From Eledone cirrhosa (Eukaryota), in contig OZ024743.1 of NCBI GenBank assembly GCA_964016885.1, forward strand, positions 250,108,001 through 250,172,000: a DNA stretch of 64,000 nt. The letters run 5' to 3'. Each line of letters starts with the position of its first letter. The first letter of the stretch is position 1. Under the pieces are notes generated by a model. It was not told the DNA's origin. It saw only the letters and a program-made list of their open reading frames with translations, and did not search any database. The position numbers and the translations under genes were made by a program. Below, one piece after another: positions 25,293 through 35,951 of the stretch.

Positions 25293-28200
25293 TACATATA
25301 TATATAGAAAAATCAATGATTACATGATGTTCAGGACTTGCTCAAGGAAATTAGGAATATTATAATTATATAATAATATAATTACAGGAATTGCAACAGA
25401 CAGGAAGTGAAACAGGCTCTCTAAATTACTATTCTACAATATTTACTGTAAAATTATATAAAACATAATATATCAATCAATTTATTACCATATTTCTAGT
25501 AAAAGACAATTTGAGAATATTCTTCAAAATAATGAAGAATTTGGAGCATTCTAGTAATATAACTTTCTCATTAAACTGGTGTTTGAAACAAAGATTCTTA
25601 CATAAAATTAGGATAGAATATTTTTAGAGAAATATAAACCTTTTAAGATAAACAGTTTCATATCATAGAACCAGAGTCAGTGAAAATGTTGACTTCAGTT
25701 AAGTCAGTGTCGAAGAAAATATATTTATTTCATAATTTTGTATTATAGAACCAGGGGCAACATGAGCTGGCTTGTTATCAGAAGGGTTAAAATGCATTTT
25801 CAGATATAAGGAAGCTGTTTGTTTAATGTGAACATCACCAGGAAGTAAAACAAACTTTAAATTCCTACTCTGTAACATTTACTTCTAATATGCATAAAAT
25901 ATATTTAAATGTAGTTTCAGATGTGAAGTTGCATCTCTTAATGGTTAGAATGTTCGGCTCAGGATATTATGTTCAGGAGTTCAATTCTCAGTGGCACATT
26001 GTATCTCTAGGCAAACCACTTTAATTCACATTGCTCCAGTCAACTTAGCTGGCAAAAATGAATTGTTGAATCATCCTGAGGACTATGTTTAGGCTACAAT
26101 ATCTGTGGAATGTTTAGCCACATGCACGCTTCCATGAGTATGTTGTTCCATTGATCAGATTTCACATTGCTCCAAGTTCCCCCAGCTGCTAAAAATGAGT
26201 TGTAGCTCATTACACATTGTCATGCTGAATCTCCCTGAGAACTATATTAAGGGTAGAGGAATCTGTGGAATACTCATTAGCATGTTGTACAATTGATTAA
26301 ACAACTGAACATTTAGCATCAGAACCAATAGAAATCCTACTATTTTCAGATATAATTGTGTGTATCCTGGTTTTTAGAATAGGTACATCATATCCCTGCA
26401 TGTTATAAGAGGTGAGTAAAAGGGTTTGTATCAGGAAAGGCATCAGGGTGTAATAAATTGTCTCAAAACATACCGTTTAAACCATGTCAGCATAGAAAAG
26501 TGGTTACGATGGCGATGATGAATCAGTGTGTGTGTTTGATGTGAGCACCAAGGGAAGATATATTTAGATTAAATGCATATGTTTGCTTCCACAATAGTTT
26601 CCACTGTTAGTGTTAAATTACATTTCCAAATTACAATTCTTGGAGTGTTAGCCTTCTATTGGATGCTAGCATGAAGCTACTTGTTTTTTTCGCAATTTTT
26701 CCAAACATGTGTTATTCATTTCAGGACAGAAAAATATAACATAACAGCATGAGAAAATAGTGATTGAATTGTTGATTCTCCAAGAAAATATGAGTCAAAA
26801 TTTGAAGGTTCAAATTATGTTAAAGTCAGTATATTAAATGTTGAAATGATGAATAAAAAAGGAAAAAAAAAAAATTATTATCTGTCTTAATATATTTCAG
26901 AGTTACTAGAACACATGCACACACAGAGAGAAAAGTGAAGACACACACAAACAAACACACACATATACATACATAAATACATAACTACCGAAAGGTGAAA
27001 ACAGACACACACATACATACACACAAAGGTAAAAACACAGGCAGAGATAAACAACTGCACACACATATACACACAAACGTACAACCACACACACCCATAC
27101 ACACAAAGGTGAAAACACAGGCAGAGACACACAACCACACATACAAATACACACAATGGTGAAAACACAGATTCACACACTCAAACACAGCCAGATCAAC
27201 ACATCCACATACACATACATACACAAACTAGATAAAAGTGAAAATACCACAGACTCACACACACAAACACAGCCAGAGACACACATCCACATACACATAC
27301 ATACACAAACTAGACAAAAGTGAAAATACCACAGACTCACACACACAAACAAACAGGGAAAAGCTCCCAAGAAAAAAAAATGATAATAATATTACAAAAA
27401 TAGTAATTCTTGTGGAGATTTAGCATTACCCAATTACAACTGGAACACATCACCAGAACCAACAGAGTTCTAGCAATTTTCAAATATAATTGTCATGTAT
27501 ATCCTTGAATTACAGTCCATCAGATAGGCATCCAAAACATTTCCGTCCACCCAGCTCGACTCCCAAGGCTTGGGTCAACCTAAGACTATAGTAAATGATA
27601 TTTGACCAAGATGCCATGCTGTGGAATTGAACCCAGGACTTAATGATTGTGAAGGGAACTTCTTAACTATTTGGCCATACTATGTCCCCTAACAGTGACT
27701 AGTTGGTAGATTAATAGATATTCTTTGTGGCTTTGTTGAAACATGTTTCTTTCCAAGATAGAGAAAGTTTGCTGATAATCTGTAAGAGTTTGGGGGAGTA
27801 GAGAAAGGTGGTTGGTGAGAGGAGGTGTGTGAGAGAGTGAGGGAGATAAAGAAAGTGAGATGGAGTGAGAGAAAGAAAGAGAGGGAGGGAGAGAGGGGGA
27901 GAAAGTGAGAATGACAGAAAAAGGGAGAAAGAGGGAGAAAATGAAAGAGAGGGACATGAAAGCATGTGGCTTAGTGTTTGGCTCATGAGTTCAATGCCCA
28001 GCAGTTCAGAGTAGTCTTGAGCAAGAGACCTTATTTCACATTGCTCTAGCCCACTCAGCTGACAAAACTGGCTTGTACCTTTATATTAAAAAGCCAACCT
28101 TGTTACACACTTTGTCATGCTGAATCTCTATGTAATCCTCAGACACTTCCACATTCATTTTACAAACAGGCTGTTGTGTAGATTAAACAACTGAAACACT

Positions 28201-28593
28201 CATTGTCTGAGTCAACGGAGAGCCACCACGTGTGTGTGTGTTTGTGCATGTGTGGGTGCATTTGTGTGTGTATATGTGGGTGCATGCGTGTATGTGTATG
28301 TTTGTGTGTATGTGTATTTGTGGGTGCATGTGTGTATGTGTGTGTGTGTGTGTATGTGTGCGTGTATGTTTGTGTGTGTGTGTGCATGTGTGTGCACATG
28401 AATGTGTGTATGTGTGCGTGTATGTGCATATATGTGTGCATGTGTGTAAGTGTATATGTGTGTGCATGTGTATGTGTGTGTTAAAGTATAGGAGAAAGGA
28501 TTGAGAGAAATATGAAGGAGAGCTGTAACAGGGAAAAATTAGAAGGTTAAGTTGAATTAATGTAAATGAAGTTGATGTTGAACTGTTGAGGCT

Positions 28594-29032
28594 AACTGAA
28601 ATAATTGTTTCTACTATTGGTACAAGGCCAGCAAATACCCAGTACATTACTGGTACTTTATTTTATCGACCCCGTAAGGATGAAAGGCAAAGTTAACCTC
28701 GGCAGGATTTGAACTCAGAATGGCAAGCGCCGTAACTCTATGCGTCAAAGCATGGCATCCGACCCTCTACTGATACTGCCAATCCACCGCCTTAACTGAA
28801 ATAATGGTTTCTTATTTAAGCACAAGGCCAGCAATTTGGGGGAGTGGGGGTCGATGAAATTGACCCCAGTGTGAGACTGGTACTTTATTTTATCGACCCC
28901 GTAAGGATGAAAGGCAAAGTTAACTTCGGCAGGATTTGAACTCAGATCATAAAGGGCCGTAACTCTATGTGGCAAAGCATGGAGTCCGACCCTCTACCCA
29001 TACTGCCAATCCACCGCCCTTACTGAAATAAT
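28594..29032 (-). mobile_element. Head-to-tail dimer of SINE family S2 with a triplicated flanking motif
   Basis: Two copies (~28606-28793 and ~28806-29021), each with A and B boxes; ACTGAAATAAT at 28595-28605, 28795-28805 and 29022-29032. Confidence 0.8.
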
Positions 29033-29049
29033 GACAGCAGTGATCATAC

Positions 29050-29138
29050 TTGAACTGCAGGAGGAGGAAGACGACAGAAAATTCTGGAAACGATGTCAAA
29101 CTGCAGAGAGTCACTGGAAGTGTCTAAAACTCTTCTGG
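29050..29138 (-). CDS. Candidate coding exon 2 of an unknown small protein (A)RRVLDTSSDSLQFDIVSRIFCRLPPPAVQ
   Basis: CTAAACAG acceptor downstream of a long polypyrimidine tract, open frame phase-compatible with the upstream exon, CAA|GTATGA donor. Confidence 0.35.
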
Positions 29139-29687
29139 CTGTTTAGTGATAAATAGATTTAAGTGAGGGCAAGACATGGAGAATGGGGGCGGCAGAGAGG
29201 GGAAGGGAGGATAGGTGGAGGGGAAGAGAAGATGAGGGGGAGGAGGATGGGAGGATAGGTGGAGGGGAAGAGAAGATGAGGGGGAGGAGGAGGGGAGGAG
29301 AGATGGTAGGGAAGAGAAGATGAGGAGGAGGAGAGGAAGAGAAGCGAAAGGGAGAGGAAAAGAGGAAGAGAATGAGGAAGATGAAAAGGGGAAAATGAGA
29401 AGAGACAAGGATGAGGATAGGATGAGACTGTAGGAGGAGGAGGAAGAGAAGACGATGGGGAGGAGGAGGAAGGGGTTATAAAGAGAAAGAGAGAGGGGAA
29501 GAGAAGAGAGGAGGAAGTGGATAAAGTATAGAAGAGATAGAAGATAGGGGGAGAAGGATGGCAGGAGCTGGAGAGGAGAAAAGGTGTATCAAAGTGTGTT
29601 ATATTAAGGAGGTATAAATGCACAAGTCTTTGTAGTTAATTACCTTCAAGTACAGTATACTTTAGGTAAGAACTATGAAACACTTAC

Positions 29688-29733
29688 CTGTCAGTTTGTA
29701 CTTTGAAGTGGAATTTAGATATGGTTTATTCAT
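29688..29733 (-). CDS. Candidate first coding exon MNKPYLNSTSKYKLT (whole exon 29688-29741)
   Basis: TTAAACAG acceptor, in-frame TAA immediately before the ATG, consensus ACAG|GTAAGT donor. Confidence 0.38.
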
Positions 29734-29831
29734 TTATCTACCTGTTTAAATATTGATTTCATTTGTAACAAAACCAATATTTGAAAGGGTGAAGGAGAGA
29801 GATATAGTCAAATAGCATGAGATATATATGG

Positions 29832-29874
<43 letters not shown>

Positions 29875-30231
29875 TACACACATATGTAAATATACACTCA
29901 CACGAATAGTCACATATATATATGTGTGGGTATGTATATACATATATGTGTGTGTTTAGTAATATTTGTTGATTACTGTAGGTGACATCAATATGAACAC
30001 TCAATGCTACTACTTGAAAACGGTGATGCCAAAGAAAGTGTTCTTCTCACAATATCTGTGTGTTGTGTGTTTGTAATCAGCAAAGTATATATATATATAT
30101 ATATAATGTAGGAGGTGAGTTTTATTGTAGCACAATAAAGCAATGCAAATATCGGATAAGTAGCACTCCACAGTTTATAGGACTGGAGTATAAATAATAT
30201 AAGATCAAAAGATGGTTAAAAGAGTTCCAAG

Positions 30232-30302
30232 TATTTTATTATGCGCATTTCACAAACAAATATCATCATGGGATGACATTTGCGTTCTCATCAGATAAAA
30301 TA
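30232..30302 (-). ncRNA. Type I hammerhead ribozyme (PLE pseudo-LTR, left arm)
   Basis: Stem I TATTTTAT/ATAAAATA, CTGATGA, stem II GCAAATGTCATC-CCAT-GATGATATTTGT, GAAA, palindromic stem III TGCGCA, AUA cleavage triplet. Confidence 0.8.
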
Positions 30303-31290
30303 GGGAAACATGATATGAAGCTTAAAAAACACTTGTGAGCAGTGAAGTTTTAAATCAACATATGAAAAATAAAGTAAGATGGATATATGAGATTGGGAAA
30401 AAAGGAGGGGGGCGGTAGGAAAAGGTAAGGAAGAGGAAGAAAGAAAATAAAGGATGATGGGGGAGGAGTATAAGAAGGAAGGACGAGAGAGGAGGAGAAA
30501 TGAGTGATAGAGAGAGAGAGAAATAGCCTTTACAACTGAGAAAACATTGTCTCACAGAGAGAAATTAAAAAACCGTTGGAAGATAATAGATAATTTAAAA
30601 AGATTTAGAACTTAAAAGTTAATGAGGATTTATGGATGTTGATGTTTATGATTAAAGAAAAAGGAATTAAGAATAGTATTTATTTAAGGTTTATATATTG
30701 AAGGGTTTAATAATATGTGCGAAAAAAAGAATTTATTAATATGTATTATTAAAATAAAAATATTAATGATATTAAGGATATAATGTGAAAGAAGGAGAAG
30801 AATAAATGAATTATGAACTTAGAGGAATTAGTTAGGGTTTAAGTTTGTTTTTATGTATTGTAATATGTAAAAGTAAATAATAGGTTTAAAACGAGCACGG
30901 AAGGAGAGAAGAAAAAAGAGATTTTAAGGAAGAAAAAATATCTAACGTCAAAAGGTATATATGTTTACAAAAAGTTTCTAATGGTAATATTTAAAAATAT
31001 AGTTTCTATGGCCAATAATATGAGGAAAAATGGAAAAATGGAAAATGCTGTAGTGAGTAATAATATGAATTGAGAAGGAAAAGTTACAGATTAAAGATTA
31101 GAAATTAAAAAAGAAAAAAGGTAAGAAAGGAAAAAGGATAAAAGAAGAAAGATAGGGGACCTCTAACGACATAGAATGAGTAAATTGTATAATATAATAT
31201 ACTGAAATAAGGTAGAAAGATGGGTATATTTATAATAGATATAAAAGCCTTTGAGAAAAAGAAGATTTAAACTAATTATGTATTGAGATA

Positions 31291-31614
31291 TTAGCTGTAT
31301 ACTTTATGGAAAGTTCTATGGGGTTTATGCAATCAGAGCGAGAATAAATCCGTACGTCTATTTATTTTAGAATTAAAATTAGATATAATGGTAAATTTCT
31401 CGGCTAGGCAGAGATTTCATGTTCTGGATAGGGAAGAATTCCGGTAAGGAAAGGCGTTGCAAACGTTCCTCCAAGTGATGTTATAGTTAATATTTTTGTG
31501 TTTTAAGGACCATATGAGTTCCAAGAGTGCCGTGTTAGTTCTTTTAAGTTGGTATTTAAAAGACGATTTGTGATTATAAAATCTTGCTTTAAAGGAAGTG
31601 GAAGTGGAACCGAA
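31291..31614 (-). CDS. C-terminal GIY-YIG endonuclease fragment of a PLE with two in-frame TGA codons
   Basis: FGSTSTSFKARFYNHKSSFKYQLKRTNTALLELIWSLKHKNINYNITWRNVCNAFPYRNSSLSRT*NLCLAEKFTIISNFNSKINRRTDLFSL*LHKPHRTFHKVYS-TAA, no frameshift; not in the ORF track. Confidence 0.85.
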
Positions 31615-32258
31615 ATTTGACGTTAGAAATTTTTTCTTCCTTAAAATCTCTTTTTTCTTCTCTCCTTCCGTGCTCGTTTTAAACCTATTATTTACTTTTA
31701 CATATTACAATACATTAAAAACAAACTTAAACCCTAACTAATTCCTCTAAGTTCATAATTCATTTATTCTTCTCCTTCTTTCACATTATATCCTTAATAT
31801 CATTAATATTTTTATTTTAATAATACATATTAATAAATTCTTTTTTTCGCACATATTATTAAACCCTTCAATATATAAACCTTAAATAAATACTATTCTA
31901 AATTCTTTTTTTTTTAATCATAAACATCAACATCCATAAACCTCATTAACTTTTAATTTCTAAATCTTTTAAAATTATCTATTATCTTCCAACGGTTTTT
32001 TAATTTCTCTCTGTGAGACAATGTTTTCTCAGTTGTAAAGGCTATTTCTCTCTCTCTATCACTCATTTCTCCTCCTCTCTCGTCCTTCCTTCTTATACTC
32101 CTCCCCCATCATCCTTTATTTTCTTTCTTCCTCACCTTTTCCTACTGCCCCTCCTCCTTTTTTCCCAATCTCATATATCCATCTTACTTTATTTTTCATA
32201 TGTTGATTTAAAACTTCACTGCTCACAAGTGTTTTTTAAGCTTCATATCATGTTTCCC

Positions 32259-32329
32259 TATTTTATCTGATGAGAACGCAAATGTCATCCCATGATGATA
32301 TTTGTTTTTGAAATGCGCATAATAAAATA
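32259..32329 (+). ncRNA. Type I hammerhead ribozyme (PLE pseudo-LTR, right arm)
   Basis: Same fold as the left copy; CTGATGA at 32267-32273, GAAA at 32310-32313, predicted cleavage after 32321. Confidence 0.8.
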
Positions 32330-32359
32330 CTTGGAACTCTTTTAACCATCTTTTGATCT

Positions 32360-32408
<49 letters not shown>

Positions 32409-33939
32409 GTATGAGATAACAAAGCTTCACTTTAAAATATTATTATCCCATATCGAACGTGACATATATTTCACAGATGATCGGTTCAATGTCTTAATTG
32501 ATATAATAAACCTGACAGAGGAAAGAAACAAGGAAAGATGTTTTATTGAAGAGGACTTGTTTATCCCATACAAGCATGGAAAAATAGATGAAAAAATAAT
32601 GATGATATAAATATACAAACATACATGTAGAGAGACACGTGTATATATGTATATATATACAAGCACATATATATGTATATAGATATTGGCAGCAGAGGTA
32701 GTGAAGATTGCTCTCATGAAACTGAGCCTTGCAAAGAAGATGACAAAGAAAAGAATCAAGTGAAGACAGACTGTACTGGAGAAATTATTTAAATTTTTAA
32801 TATTACTATTACTAGATGAAGGTGATGTCTTCTCATTCTTTCTGTCACACACACACACTCTAGCTAAACAAATGATGTTCCTTTTCTCTATTTATATACA
32901 TCTCTTTCATTTGGCACTCCTCTCTCTATATAGATGAGGGCGTCGTCATAACTTTCTGTCTATCTACCTATTTCTGTCACCTTGAAATCACAGCATTCCA
33001 TTTTCTCTATCTTCTTCGTTTAACGTCCATCTTCCACGCTAGCATGGGTTAGACATCTATATGCATCTCTCTCGTTTAACACTCCCCCTGTCTATATAAA
33101 GTGAGCCTGATGGATGGACAGACAGACAGACAGCGCTCTTATTATAATATAGATTATTTTATTTTTATTTTTGTTTGCATTTGATTAGGGATTCTATTTC
33201 TGAAAGATTTCATATTCAGAATTATTATTGTAGATGTTATTGTTGTAGTAGTTTTGTCCTCACCTACCAGGTGGTGACCATCATGAAATTGGCAATCATC
33301 ATTGTTACTACTATTATGATCATCATCTTTGATATTGCTGTAGTAATCATATAACAACTAACCAATTATAATCTTATTGTGTTCTTTGTATCTATTTCTT
33401 CCAAATATTTTACCATAAATCCCAACATTACAGCTGTTGTCATGTTGTCCTAATATTCCCAGAAATGTATAGTAAAACACTGTTTTTACTCTATTTTTCT
33501 GGCAATATTAGGATAACATGACCCTCCCCAAATATAACAATATCTGTTTCAACACATGATTTCATATAAAAAATCTTACAAAACAAATACATCGTCACTA
33601 TACTAATATCTCTCTTTCGGGAAGCTGATACTTTGACAGTGAGTGAGTAGGAGGGGAGGTCTTTATTTAAATGATTAATTATTATAATTAATTGGAAGTG
33701 TGGCATCTGTGTCACAATAATCAATTAATTCAAGAGTAAACAGGATCAAGCACTTCATGTCAATTGTACCATTCCATCTATGATATGGGTCCTTATAGTC
33801 TGGTACATGACAAAGTATTAATATATAAATAATCACAAAGACAGAGTACTATTTTGTCATGTTTTAATTAATATTAATTAGAATATGAAAAAATACCACA
33901 TTTTCTTAATGAACATACACACACACACGTGTGTGTATA

Positions 33940-34022
<83 letters not shown>

Positions 34023-34075
34023 ATATATATATATATGTGTGTGTATATATATATATGTGTGTGTGTGTGTGTATA

Positions 34076-35377
34076 CAGGGTGTGGACGATATCTGTTCGC
34101 AATTTTCAACTGCTAATTTTATGCAAATTTTTTTTACTTCCATTGTCACTCTTGTCTTCATAAAAACAGTGACTATATTTCCATTATTTATTTTCAGAAT
34201 AATTGATTATGAATAATTTTGAACCTCCAAATTTGTGGAAGAGACACGGAGTTCTCCATGGAATCCGCGCCGGGAGGACAAATAAGGAAATTTCTGACTT
34301 TCTCAGCGTCAGCTGGAGAATGGTGGAAAAGGTCAGAAAGGGATTGGAAGATTCAGGATTCGACTACAAAGCAACATCAGAGAGGAAAACACATGATCGA
34401 CGATCTGAAGCCTTCATAACGCCCGAGTTCGTCGCTGAAGTTCAGGATATCATCAACAATGAACCAAGCAAGTCGATGCGTGCCATTGCAAGGGAGAAAG
34501 GCGTGGATGAAAAGCTCATTAGGCTGGTGGTACATGAAGACATTCGCTACGTTTCATACAAGATGAGGAAAGGACAATTTCTGTCAAAGGCGATGCAAGA
34601 AAAGCGACTGAAGCACGCAAAGAAGCTGATCAACAAGTTGAAACACTCACTGGAGCCAGACATGCTGTGGTTTTTCTCCGACGATAAAACTTCTGCCAAG
34701 ACCAGAATATCAAGTCCCAGAACAACAGGTGACCTGCTGTCTCATCCAAAGACGTGCCCAGAGTCATGCAAAGTTTCCAGCGACAAAATTGGTCTTAGGT
34801 GTCATCAGCAGTGAAGGTGACGTCATTCCACCTCACTTCTTCCCTGAGGGCCTCAAGCTGAACACCGATGGCTGCATCCGCGTTCTGAGTGAGGTAGTAA
34901 AGCCCTGGATCGACCAGGTAGCTGCAGGTAGGCCGTACGTGTGGCAGTAAGACTCAGCTCCCTGCCATACTAGCCGAAAGACCCAAGCCTGGCTGTCAGA
35001 GAACTTCGTTGACCACACTTCACCTGACATCTAGCCTCCCAGCTCGCCTGACTGCAACCCCCTCGACTTCTTTGTGTGGGGCGCAGTGGAACGAGACACC
35101 AACAGATCTAGCTACAATACGAAAGACAATCTGAAGGCCAGGATCACAAGTGCCTTTAGGGGCCTAAGTCGGGGGACAGTGACGAAGGCCTGTAGCCGGT
35201 TCCAAGGCCGCCTTGAGGCCGTCATCAAAGCCAATGGCAGGTTTATCGAGTGAGATCGAAAGAACAAGTCATGAAGACAAACTGACCCAAGTTTGATAAA
35301 TATATCTTAAAAAATAAAACTACTATGTTACTATTTCCTAGACAGTAATCTTGCGAACAAATATCGTCCGCACCCAG
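34076..35377 (+). mobile_element. Full-length Tc1/mariner transposon, DD37D (maT) family
   Basis: 27-bp TIRs CAGGGTGTGGACGATATCTGTTCGCAA and inverse (3 mismatches), TA on both sides, 1302 bp. Confidence 0.93.
34209..35253 (+). pseudogene. DD37D transposase with two frameshifts and three premature stops
   Basis: WFFSD..WQ*DSAPCH..PPSSPDCNPLDFFVWG; 37 residues between the second and third catalytic Asp. Confidence 0.9.
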
Positions 35378-35399
35378 TATATCTATATATATATATATA

Positions 35400-35925
35400 G
35401 TGCTACTGGTAACATGTAACCCAGTACAACATGTGCATGGTCACGTTGTCGGCGACTAAACTGGCAACTCCACTAAGGTTACTTGGTGAGGAAGCTGAAT
35501 TCGGACACCCTGCGGGATGAACAAGCCATCAGAGGGTGGAGGAATTCAGCAGAGTCAACGACCATCCAATAAATTTTTTTTTTCTGTGGAGTGAGAGACT
35601 CCTAGTCTTCATTAAGACATCTCTTTAGGAGAAGGTCACTCTGATATAAAACCTGCGACTTGATTTGCATCCAATGATGTAGACCAGTTCTTCATTTTGG
35701 GTAAATGGATTCAATGTTCAGAGAGTGGGATTTGGCTCTGTGCAAAGCCTTTTCTCACTTAAAAAAGCTTCAAGCACAGACATCAATTGATATGTGACAT
35801 TTATTGCGATGCATGGCATCGCAATAAAAAGCAGAATTAAAAAGCAGAACTAAAAAGCCACATCCCTGATGCTCATGCTTAAGCATCATGTGATGGCATT
35901 ACTTGAAATCGAGTTGCAGCCATCA
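35400..35925 (+). mobile_element. Probable non-autonomous RTE-derived element with an HDV-like fold at its 5' end
   Basis: Non-coding ~520-bp unit between (TA)n tracts; RTE 5'UTR-like motifs GGCGACTAAACTGGCAAC and TAGGAGAAGGTCACTCTGATATAAAACC. Confidence 0.55.
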
Positions 35926-35951
35926 TATATGTATATATATATATGTATATA

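Larger units (their letters stand above)
30103..32367 (-). mobile_element. 5'-truncated Penelope-like element with an inverted pseudo-LTR, inserted in (TA)n
   Basis: Near-identical inverted arms 30194-30952 and 31616-32367, GIY-YIG C-terminal fragment in the spacer, hammerhead in each arm, (TA)n on both sides. Confidence 0.9.

Noticed and set aside
30308-30370. ATGA..AAAA..TGA hairpin resembling a SECIS
   Set aside because: It lies on the strand opposite to the TGA-containing endonuclease frame.
34728-35035. In-frame stops in the maT transposase, and a TGA in RTE-A near 36786, as possible recoding
   Set aside because: They fall at likely Trp/Gln codons, include TAA and TAG, and accompany frameshifts; this is ordinary decay, unlike the PLE case.
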